Source: a virus. Taken from it: a stretch of 64,000 bases of DNA. The translations under genes were made by a program, and so were the position numbers. The notes under the pieces are model-generated. The model was given only the letters and a program-made list of their open reading frames with translations, was not told the origin of the DNA and made no database searches. Positions within the stretch are counted from its first letter, which is position 1; each line of letters opens with the position of its first letter. Of this stretch, positions 46,110 to 53,896 are shown piece after piece. The stretch spans positions 64,001 to 128,000 of the IMG/VR virus record IMGVR_UViG_3300024299_000001; one strand, given 5' to 3'.

Positions 46110-46760
46110 ATGAAACAAAAATTAGTAGGTAAACGTTTTGGTAAATTATTAGTCATTAATGAAGAACCAGAAAGAGCAAACAATTCAAGGTATTTTAAAG
46201 TACTTTGTGATTGTGGTAATACCCCTGTAATGCATATGTCTAGTATAAAACGTAAAATAGCAGGTATTAAAAGTTGTGGTTGTGCTAATAAACATAATGG
46301 TACTGGGACCCGTTTACACAGTATTTGGCAAAATATGAAACAACGCTGTTTAAATCCAAAAAATACTAATTATAGAAATTATGGAAAAAAAGGTATCACA
46401 ATCTGTACTCTTTGGTTAGAAGATTTTACTTTGTTTCGTACTTGGGCTTTAAATAGTGGATACCACGCTAATTTAACTATAGACAGAAAAAACGGAAAAT
46501 TAGGATATACACCATTAAATTGTAGATGGGTAGACCAAATAACACAAACTCGTAATTCTTATAAACGAAGGAAAACCAATTCAAAATATATTGGAGTATG
46601 TTTTTACCAACGTACTAAATTATGGGCAGCATATATTAATGTTGACAAAAAACGTATCCATTTAGGTTTTCACTCTTCCGAATATAAAGCGGCTATAGCT
46701 AGAGATTCTTATATTGTAGCACATAATTTACAAAATTTTATTATGAATGAGGTGTTATAG
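46110..46760 (+). CDS. homing-endonuclease-like protein with AP2 domain, inserted in the DNA polymerase gene
   Basis: ATG at 46110 after GGAG (track start 46095). Motifs: GKLLVI...CDCGN...SCGC, RLHSIWQNMKQRCLNPKNTNYRNYGKKGI, LTIDRKNGKLGYTPLNCRW, and AP2-like YIGVCFYQRTKLWAAYI. This architecture is common in free-standing phage HEG-like genes. Confidence 0.65.
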   Translation: MKQKLVGKRFGKLLVINEEPERANNSRYFKVLCDCGNTPVMHMSSIKRKIAGIKSCGCANKHNGTGTRLHSIWQNMKQRCLNPKNTNYRNYGKKGITICTLWLEDFTLFRTWALNSGYHANLTIDRKNGKLGYTPLNCRWVDQITQTRNSYKRRKTNSKYIGVCFYQRTKLWAAYINVDKKRIHLGFHSSEYKAAIARDSYIVAHNLQNFIMNEVL

Positions 46761-48394
46761 TGGGTGTTACTGCAAAAATAGCAACTCCAGATTTATTAAA
46801 GTATAATGGTCAAGATTGCTTGGCTACCTGGTACGTTAATGAGACCCATAAACCAACAATGATAGCTGATCAACAAGAGCAACTATATGAAGAATTATTT
46901 AAACCAACAGTAATTACTCTCTTGCAGACTGAGCTGTGTGGCATGCCAATTAATCCAAAAAAAGTACAATTTGCTAAACTTCATTTAGTTTCTATTGAAC
47001 ATACCTGTTTAGATTATTTTAATAATTCTAAATTAATCCAAGATTTTCATTTTACTCAATTAATAGCATTAGCAGAAAAGATGACTGCTAAAGCTAAAAA
47101 GAAAATTTACGATATCACTGATCCAATCATTGCCCGGGAAGTATTTAATCCTGGCAGTGATACCCAACTCAGGGCTTTAATCTTTGATTATATGGGTTAC
47201 GATATAATCAATCTTACAAAAGGTAAACAAGCCTCTACCAGCAAGGGTACCATTGAGAAGTTAATTAATCATGCCAAGACTCCTGAACATAAAGAAATAT
47301 TTGAACATCTTATTAAATTAGCTGATGTCAGTATCTTACTTTCAACTTTTATTCCTTCAATGGAGAAAGCACAAAGATTACCTGATGGTAGTTACCGGTT
47401 ATATGGTAACTTTAATCTTGGCGGGACCCAAAGCTTAAGGCTATCCAGTTCAGATCCTAATCTGCAAAATATTCCATCACATTCAATATTTGCTCAAATC
47501 ATTAAAGAATGCTTCGAACCGATTATTGGTTGGTTATTCTTTGGTTCAGACTTTGATGCACTGGAAGATAAAACAAATGCTCTAATAACTAAAGATCCAA
47601 ATAAATTAAAAATCTATACTGATGGTTTTTGTGGCCACTGTCTTCGGGCATTCTCTTACTTTGGCGATAAAATGAATGGTATTATTGAAACAGTTACTTC
47701 TATTAATTCCATTAAAAAACTCTATCCTGATCTAAGACAAGATTCTAAAGCCCCTACCTTTGCACTTACCTACGGGGGAAGTTTTCATACTTTAATGAAG
47801 AATTGTGGATTTACTAAACCTCAAGCCAAACAAATTGAAAAGATGTACCACCAGCTTTACACCGTAGCAGATAAATGGGTTGATAATCTTGTAGAGCAAG
47901 CCAAAAAAATAGGATACATTCCCTTAGCATTTGGTGGCCGGATACGTACCCCATTGCTCGCTAAAACCGTAGGGAAGGTCAAAGTACCCTTTGCAGCTCA
48001 AAAGGAGGCTAGGAGTGCAGGAAATGCTGCTACACAGTCATATTGTTTCCTGACCCAACGTGCAATGAATGAATTCAGAGAAAGAGTATGGGCTTCACCA
48101 TATATTTACACTATATTACCTGCTGCTACAATTCATGATGCAGCTTATTACATGGGACAAGATAATGCTGATCTGATCAAATGGGCCAATGATAATCTCA
48201 TTGATTGTATGGCTTGGCAGCAATTACCTGAACTAATGCATCCTACGATTAAAATAAGCTCTGGATTAGAGATTTACTGGCCTTCCTGGGGTAATAAGGT
48301 CAAGATACCCAATAACGCTTCTAAACAGCAAATTAAAGCCCTTTGTTTGAAAGCTGAACAAGAAGAAAAGGCTAAACAATTAATTACACCATAA
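46760..48394 (+). CDS. family A DNA polymerase, part B (Exo III + polymerase domain)
   Basis: GTG at 46760 with GAGG 8 nt upstream. Exo III LLKYNGQDCLATWY, motif A FFGSDFDALEDK, motif B RQDSKAPTFALTYGGS and motif C ATIHDAAYY. Confidence 0.8.
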   Translation: MGVTAKIATPDLLKYNGQDCLATWYVNETHKPTMIADQQEQLYEELFKPTVITLLQTELCGMPINPKKVQFAKLHLVSIEHTCLDYFNNSKLIQDFHFTQLIALAEKMTAKAKKKIYDITDPIIAREVFNPGSDTQLRALIFDYMGYDIINLTKGKQASTSKGTIEKLINHAKTPEHKEIFEHLIKLADVSILLSTFIPSMEKAQRLPDGSYRLYGNFNLGGTQSLRLSSSDPNLQNIPSHSIFAQIIKECFEPIIGWLFFGSDFDALEDKTNALITKDPNKLKIYTDGFCGHCLRAFSYFGDKMNGIIETVTSINSIKKLYPDLRQDSKAPTFALTYGGSFHTLMKNCGFTKPQAKQIEKMYHQLYTVADKWVDNLVEQAKKIGYIPLAFGGRIRTPLLAKTVGKVKVPFAAQKEARSAGNAATQSYCFLTQRAMNEFRERVWASPYIYTILPAATIHDAAYYMGQDNADLIKWANDNLIDCMAWQQLPELMHPTIKISSGLEIYWPSWGNKVKIPNNASKQQIKALCLKAEQEEKAKQLITP

Positions 48395-48404
48395 GGAGTA
48401 AATT

Positions 48405-48761
48405 ATGTCAGATCTAAGTCATTACCCAAAAACAGATAAATTTGAAATTATAGATACCATTGGTACCCCTCACCCATTTTGTATTACACCCCGTCATGTA
48501 GTATTTGCCTCTGATCATCATGGAGGTATGCTGGGAAAAGAGGCAATAGAAGCCTATGAAAAATCAAAAGGATCCTGTCATTGTGGGGTAAAAGGATGCC
48601 AATTATCTTTTGCAGAACATGAGACTGCTTTGCTTATTGCAGTAGATGACTCCCGGGAATTAGGGGCGATACCAGAATTACCTACTTATTTATTAAAATG
48701 TAAACCTATCTGTGAAAAAGATGGTTATGCTGGTTTTGCTTTTATGAAAAAGAAATCATGA
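48405..48761 (+). CDS. hypothetical protein
   Basis: 118-aa ORF with AAGGAG upstream. Confidence 0.5.
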   Translation: MSDLSHYPKTDKFEIIDTIGTPHPFCITPRHVVFASDHHGGMLGKEAIEAYEKSKGSCHCGVKGCQLSFAEHETALLIAVDDSRELGAIPELPTYLLKCKPICEKDGYAGFAFMKKKS

Positions 48762-48961
48762 CACCTGAAGACATAGACTTACATAAACTTGCTATTGGTC
48801 AATTAGACCATACTGACATGGCAATCATACATCGATTTGCTCCTTCGGAACACCCATTCTTTACAGTGGATACCGGTCTATCTAAATATTTCAATGATAG
48901 ATTTAAAAAACTTGGAGGGATGACTCCAGAAATATCTAAATTAATAGGATGGCAAATGTGA
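48758..48961 (+). CDS. hypothetical protein
   Basis: 67-aa ORF with a 4-nt overlap. Confidence 0.45.
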   Translation: MTPEDIDLHKLAIGQLDHTDMAIIHRFAPSEHPFFTVDTGLSKYFNDRFKKLGGMTPEISKLIGWQM

Positions 48962-49167
48962 CTCTTATCTGTCCATTCTGTAAAAGCAAAGCAGTAAGAT
49001 ATTATGCAAAACGCACACGCGGAGGACTGAGACCTCTTTCGCATATTGTCTTTTGTATAAGTTGTGAGGCTAAAGGACCTAAAGCTCTAACCAAAAAAGA
49101 AGCTATTAAATTATGGAGCATAACACTATCTACTGGCGAAAGGAAAATATATGATCTTATCAGTTGA
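48949..49167 (+). CDS. Lar-family (restriction alleviation-like) zinc-ribbon protein
   Basis: ICPFCKSKAV ... VFCISCEAKGPKALTKKEAIKLWS matches the Lar-family pattern CPFCG ... C..C.a.gp....eAi..Wn. Confidence 0.5.
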   Translation: MANVTLICPFCKSKAVRYYAKRTRGGLRPLSHIVFCISCEAKGPKALTKKEAIKLWSITLSTGERKIYDLIS

Positions 49168-49408
49168 AATACCAAAAAGATGTTATTGTGATAATACTCA
49201 TCAAAACAATCAAACTGTTTGTATAGAATGTTGGGTATTGGGTTATAGGTATAATTCACCATTTTATCCACGAGTTTGGTGGAACCCTATTTTAACTAAT
49301 ATACACGCAGTAAAAATAAAAACTGAATATGCTAAAGGAAATATTTCACAAAGAACTTTAGCTAAAAAATATAATATAAGTCAAAGTAACATGCATAATC
49401 AATCTTAA
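49151..49408 (+). CDS. hypothetical protein with C-terminal HTH
   Basis: 85-aa ORF. ISQRTLAKKYNISQSNMHN looks like a helix-turn-helix. Confidence 0.4.
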   Translation: MILSVEIPKRCYCDNTHQNNQTVCIECWVLGYRYNSPFYPRVWWNPILTNIHAVKIKTEYAKGNISQRTLAKKYNISQSNMHNQS

Positions 49409-49428
49409 AGCTTATAAGGAGGCTTAAT

Positions 49429-50025
49429 ATGGTACTTTCAGTTGATCCAGGATTATCTAATTATGGTTATGCCGTTTGGAATGAGTATGGAGAGATCTGT
49501 GATACTGGTCTTCTTCAAACCAAAAAAACTAAAAGAAAGAATATATTGGTAGCTGATGACATGGTGCACAGGATGGCTAGGCTTACCGTTGATCTTGAAT
49601 GGGTTATCAGAGCATTTAAGATCAAAGCAGTCATTGGAGAACGCCCAGGATTTGCCAGTCAGAATTCAGCAGCAATGAGAGATATGTCAGCCAGTATGGC
49701 TGTATCAGTGGCTGTATTTACAATGCTTAATTTATCAATGGAATGGGCAACCCCAGAAGAAGTTAAAGTAGCTTTTACTGGTAAAAAAACAGCTTCTAAA
49801 AAAGAAATGATGATAAAGGTTTGTAAACGGCATTCTTGGAATATTACTACTAAAAGGGTTAATTTTAAAAATTCTAAACAACTTAAACGTTTAGATAATA
49901 TTTACCATCCAATGGGTGTACCAATGGGAGCCAATAAATTTGAACATATTGCTGATGCAGTTGCTGCAGCTCATGCCTTAAAGAACGGTAACATTATTAA
50001 AATGTATTTAAATAAAAGAAGATAA
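49429..50025 (+). CDS. RuvC-like Holliday junction resolvase
   Basis: VLSVDPGLSNYGYAV (catalytic D), VIGERPGF (E) and FEHIADAVAAAHAL (H/D). Confidence 0.7.
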   Translation: MVLSVDPGLSNYGYAVWNEYGEICDTGLLQTKKTKRKNILVADDMVHRMARLTVDLEWVIRAFKIKAVIGERPGFASQNSAAMRDMSASMAVSVAVFTMLNLSMEWATPEEVKVAFTGKKTASKKEMMIKVCKRHSWNITTKRVNFKNSKQLKRLDNIYHPMGVPMGANKFEHIADAVAAAHALKNGNIIKMYLNKRR

Positions 50026-50134
50026 CCAATTTAAGGGCAACACTACACTGGGTGGGGGATTAAAATTAAAGTTTCCTCATATAGTTTCTTTGATTCCCAG
50101 TTGCCCTTACTTTTAAACCAAAAAGGAAAATATT

Positions 50135-50422
50135 ATGCATATTATAATAGGAGATCTTGTATTACGCAGTGGACCTAATGATTTTGTAATTTCTGATAAA
50201 GAACCCTTCATAAGTAAAAAAGGAATAAAAACATATTACAATGCTACTTATTACCCTACAATAGAATCAGCCTTAAATAACGTGTTAAAGAGACGTTTAC
50301 TCAAAAGTGATGCTACTACCCTCACAGAACTCAGAAACGAATTGTTGGCACATAGACAGGAGCTGAGTGAGATATTTAAAGAGATTATTACAACCAACCC
50401 TGAACCAAAGGAAAAAGAATGA
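50135..50422 (+). CDS. hypothetical protein
   Basis: 95-aa ORF. Confidence 0.45.
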   Translation: MHIIIGDLVLRSGPNDFVISDKEPFISKKGIKTYYNATYYPTIESALNNVLKRRLLKSDATTLTELRNELLAHRQELSEIFKEIITTNPEPKEKE

Positions 50423-50739
50423 AAAAATTAACTTACTATTTGCCCTTAGTGGGCCCTAAGACCACTGCAGTATTTTTGATGTATAATGAAGATACTTTTA
50501 AGGCTGTTGCTAGAGGAGTTGCCTTCTGTAGTGACAAAGATCAATTCAATAAAAAAAGAGGAAGATCTATTGCTGCCGGTAGAGCATGTAAAGCTTTCAT
50601 GAATGCTGAGACCTGTCCCAATAATAAAATTCGAAGAAAGACTGTACCTGCTATAGATTTCACTAATAAATGCACTTACCTCCCTACTCTTACTGAATTT
50701 GAAAAGACCCTCATAGCCAAAATAAATAATTTAGATTAA
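50419..50739 (+). CDS. hypothetical protein
   Basis: 106-aa ORF with a 4-nt overlap. Confidence 0.45.
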   Translation: MKKLTYYLPLVGPKTTAVFLMYNEDTFKAVARGVAFCSDKDQFNKKRGRSIAAGRACKAFMNAETCPNNKIRRKTVPAIDFTNKCTYLPTLTEFEKTLIAKINNLD

Positions 50740-50743
50740 TAAT

Positions 50744-51052
50744 ATGAGTGTATTTGAAGTAGGAAGATTTATAAACCGAAAATATGAAAAACATCCACAC
50801 ATGCATCGATGGCCTGCTGAAAAGACATTACCAATTGCTTTTGGGTTAAAAGAACTTGAACTCCAACAAGAACCCGATAATATCACTGAAAATGTTTCAG
50901 ATGAGCGTGGAAGATACGAAGAAATTAATAATAGAGGTATTTATGGTTTCTACAGAGAATCTGTTTGTCTTACTGAATACAGACAAGGTAAAGTAATTCA
51001 GCCAGCCCATACTTTATCTGAAATAGGTCAAGTGATACTCCGATGTGATTAA
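50744..51052 (+). CDS. hypothetical protein
   Basis: 102-aa ORF. Confidence 0.45.
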   Translation: MSVFEVGRFINRKYEKHPHMHRWPAEKTLPIAFGLKELELQQEPDNITENVSDERGRYEEINNRGIYGFYRESVCLTEYRQGKVIQPAHTLSEIGQVILRCD

Positions 51053-51083
51053 TAATATATTTAAATAATATTTAATTTAAATT

Positions 51084-51235
51084 CCACGCAGTCTTGTCGT
51101 ACAGGGTACTATCGTCGACCCGAGCTAAAGCTCTCTCTCCTCTGCACCCTTCCCGACCGACTGCTGGAGTGAGCACAGAGGGCGCGAGCGAAGCGAAGGC
51201 GACCGGTAAGTGCGTCTACGACAGCAGGAAGGTCA
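51084..51235. other. GC-rich structured island (candidate ncRNA)
   Basis: About 150 nt, clearly GC-rich by eye and embedded in AT-rich DNA. It is closed by TGTCGTA (51095-51101) with TACGACA (51217-51223). The interior holds gcgagcgaagcgaaggcga, a GCGAA-like repeat that includes the GCGAAGC mini-hairpin sequence. Confidence 0.4.
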
Positions 51236-51326
51236 TATAAATTATATATAAAACCTCTTTATATACTATATGTGTACATGACAGAATGTTTATTGGCAAT
51301 AAATTCAGATAGTTACAAAAGACAAA

Positions 51327-51376
51327 ATCAAGTATATATTTTTGTTTTTAAAGTAAAATTCAAATATATACTTGAT
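51327..51376. promoter_or_regulatory. 15-bp perfect inverted repeat (operator- or terminator-like)
   Basis: atcaagtatatattt (51327-51341) and aaatatatacttgat (51362-51376), separated by 20 nt, about 100 nt upstream of the wHTH gene. Confidence 0.5.
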
Positions 51377-51476
51377 CTTTTAACAGGTACCAGATAAGAT
51401 GGCATAAACGAAATAAGACACAGTATCCCCATACTTTAATAGTCTTATTTTCTAAATAATGAGGTCACTATAACAG

Positions 51477-51923
51477 ATGCCACAAATACAAAGCAACATT
51501 AATATTATTGAGATTAAAGGTAAGCGTCTCATTGTCAGTGAAACGCATAAAGAAAAACTCGGTAAATTCCAAGCAATAGGGAGAATTAATAGTATGTACA
51601 GTAAAAAGGAAACAAACTTGGATATTTTTAATTTATTGGATCAAGTGTCTAAACCAGCTTATTCTTTATTTAATCAATTAAAAAGTAACCGCAATCCTAC
51701 TAATAATATTTCTTTTATAAAAACATCACAGATGAATAAAAGCCAAAAGACTATGTTCAGCTCCAGGATCTTAGAATTAAAAAAACAAAATATTATTAAA
51801 AAAGCATTCACCATTGACCGCACTAAACCAATTCAAAAAGGCTCTTACATAATTAACCCAAATCTGATACTTTGTCCGGGACATCAAGAAGAAGCCCTTA
51901 GAATATGGGACTATTTAAAATAA
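51477..51923 (+). CDS. winged-helix DNA-binding protein, paralog of 25788..26216
   Basis: See the paralog alignment at 25788..26216. 148-aa ORF. Confidence 0.55.
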   Translation: MPQIQSNINIIEIKGKRLIVSETHKEKLGKFQAIGRINSMYSKKETNLDIFNLLDQVSKPAYSLFNQLKSNRNPTNNISFIKTSQMNKSQKTMFSSRILELKKQNIIKKAFTIDRTKPIQKGSYIINPNLILCPGHQEEALRIWDYLK

Positions 51924-51936
51924 AAAGGAGTAACAC

Positions 51937-52197
51937 ATGACTGACATGAACATCTTACCGCTCTATTCAAATCTTATTAAAGATCCAGATAGTAAATCAG
52001 TTTTACCTGAAGATAATTTTTATATAGCTAAAAGATTTGGGGATCAATGGCATATTATTGAAAGTGCTATTGATGTCTCCCGGGCAGCTGCTGCTCGAAT
52101 GATCATTATGAAGCAAGACCACAAAGCCCATCCTGAAACCCGGCCCACCGATTATCGTATATTTAAAAAAGGCTTAAATAAAATTATAACTAAATGA
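51937..52197 (+). CDS. hypothetical protein
   Basis: 86-aa ORF with AAGGAG upstream. Confidence 0.5.
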   Translation: MTDMNILPLYSNLIKDPDSKSVLPEDNFYIAKRFGDQWHIIESAIDVSRAAAARMIIMKQDHKAHPETRPTDYRIFKKGLNKIITK

Positions 52198-52264
52198 TAT
52201 ATTTAGATGACTGTCTCAAATGAGACACATTAACAGTATAACTACTTATTGAGAGGACAAAAAC

Positions 52265-52447
52265 ATGCATAAAAAGATTTTCTGTGACCAACATAAATGT
52301 CTATTACGAGAGTGCGGATGCGATATCAAAGAAGCCTCTCAATCAGTAAATGCAGCGGTTGCTTATTATACTTGCAAAAGTTGTGGCAACTATAACCTTT
52401 GGCAATATCACCGGGATTTTTGCCCAAAATGCAAAACGCACCGATGA
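52265..52447 (+). CDS. zinc-ribbon protein
   Basis: 60-aa ORF with CxxxxC...CxxC...CxxC. Confidence 0.45.
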   Translation: MHKKIFCDQHKCLLRECGCDIKEASQSVNAAVAYYTCKSCGNYNLWQYHRDFCPKCKTHR

Positions 52448-52493
52448 TTAAAATATTACACTAAATAATATATCAAGATTAATTTAATAATAG

Positions 52494-52523
52494 CCAACCT
52501 CCGGTTGGTTTAAAAGGATTACT
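52494..52523 (+). promoter_or_regulatory. hairpin promoter-like motif, copy 6 (outlier inside the replication block)
   Basis: CCAACC-TCC-GGTTGG (6-bp stem, 3-nt loop) followed by tttaaaaggattact and the ATG at 52524. Confidence 0.4.
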
Positions 52524-52706
52524 ATGAAAAAGCCAAAATCTTTTACATTAGTTAATGCTATTGGTTCAAATGATAAATCAAAGATGTATCAAATATGTTG
52601 GGAACCATACCGTAAAGAATTTATTGAACCAATAACAAATAAAGAGGCTGAATCTGTACTTGGAAAAATAATCTATTGGGAGTATATGAAATGTCTAATC
52701 CGGTAA
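52524..52706 (+). CDS. hypothetical protein
   Basis: 60-aa ORF. Confidence 0.45.
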   Translation: MKKPKSFTLVNAIGSNDKSKMYQICWEPYRKEFIEPITNKEAESVLGKIIYWEYMKCLIR

Positions 52707-52876
52707 TTCAATTAGAATGTTCTTGTTGTGGTAAATGTACAAAAGGCAGACAATGGTGGAATCGAGATAATGGTTATGGTTTATGCCCTGATTGTGCTAA
52801 ATGGCTCAGAGATAAAGGTAATTTAATGATATATGAAAACTATGGAACAAGAGGAGTGCACTATGAAATATACTAA
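52691..52876 (+). CDS. zinc-ribbon protein
   Basis: The track ORF is 52676..52876. The ATG at 52691 follows GGGAG. It contains CSCCGKC...CPDC. Confidence 0.45.
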   Translation: MSNPVIQLECSCCGKCTKGRQWWNRDNGYGLCPDCAKWLRDKGNLMIYENYGTRGVHYEIY

Positions 52877-53885
52877 TACAGAAAACCAATCACTTTCAAT
52901 AGCCGTATGGCTTGTAACCGATTCTTATGATAAAGATCCCTTTCCCGGGCAATTGCATATAAGTGTCACTGGACTGCTTAAACCAGCCAGAATGATTGTT
53001 TTAAGTGGTAGACTTACTGATGCCCAGGCTGTAGACCCAGAAGAAACAGAATATGATATTTCAATGAATATACCCAATAGAATGGGTACTGCTATTCATA
53101 GTGGTATCGAGAATGCTTGGATCAAAAACTATAAACAAGCATTAAAAGATCTGGGTTACCCACAAGCAATAATTGATAGAATTGTTATTAACCCATCATA
53201 CAATGACCGACAAGCAGTTCCTAACTGTATTCCAGTTTATATGGAACAGCGTATACATAAAACCATTGAAGGCTATATTGTCAGTGGTAAATATGATTTT
53301 GTTGGTGAAGGAATCATAGAAGACTTCAAATCAACTGGTGTATATGGTTACATGAAGAAAGATCCACATGATGATGAACTTAAAATATTACAGGGTAGTA
53401 TTTATCGTTGGCTCAATCCTGATATTGTTACTGCAGATCATATGCTTATCCAATATGTATTTACTGATTGGTCCAAGCTTGATTCAAAGATCAGGGCTAA
53501 ACGAGGTTACCCAGCATCTCGCATTGTACCCAAAAAATTAATGCTCAAATCTATTCCGGAAACTGAATCCTGGATCCGTCAGAAGATCCAATTAGTTAAA
53601 TCTTTAGAATTGGTTCCAGAACATGAATTACCCCTTTGCACTGATGAAGAACTATGGCAGAGCAAACCAGTGTATAAATACTTCAAAAACCCTACTAAAA
53701 CGAAGAGGAGTACCGCAAATTTTGATGATTACCACTTAGCCCATGCCAGACTACTCAAAGACGGTAATTGTGGCTTAATCAAAGAATTTAAGGGCACAGT
53801 ACGCCGATGTGGTTATTGTACCGCATATGAACTGTGTACTCAGAAAAATGCATATTTAAACAATGGAACACTACAGTTACCTTAA
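52863..53885 (+). CDS. PD-(D/E)XK nuclease (RecB/Cas4-like) protein
   Basis: The ATG at 52863 follows GGAG (track start 52833). Motifs: GKYDFVGEGIIEDFKST (D...ExK) and a C-terminal Cys cluster RRCGYCTAYELC. Confidence 0.6.
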   Translation: MKYTNTENQSLSIAVWLVTDSYDKDPFPGQLHISVTGLLKPARMIVLSGRLTDAQAVDPEETEYDISMNIPNRMGTAIHSGIENAWIKNYKQALKDLGYPQAIIDRIVINPSYNDRQAVPNCIPVYMEQRIHKTIEGYIVSGKYDFVGEGIIEDFKSTGVYGYMKKDPHDDELKILQGSIYRWLNPDIVTADHMLIQYVFTDWSKLDSKIRAKRGYPASRIVPKKLMLKSIPETESWIRQKIQLVKSLELVPEHELPLCTDEELWQSKPVYKYFKNPTKTKRSTANFDDYHLAHARLLKDGNCGLIKEFKGTVRRCGYCTAYELCTQKNAYLNNGTLQLP

Positions 53886-53896
53886 AGGAGGAATAA

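Noticed and set aside
46095-46760. An intein in the DNA polymerase
   Set aside because: The insert is bounded by a stop codon (46106-46108) and read in a different frame, with its own RBS and ATG. An intein would be an in-frame fusion with Cys/Ser and His-Asn junction residues.
51190-51210. GCGAAGC mini-hairpins in the GC island as vRNAP promoters
   Set aside because: They lack the conserved downstream ATAT..GG.AGTA sequence shared by the CC-TCC-GG family. They are also embedded in a larger base-paired island rather than preceding a gene.
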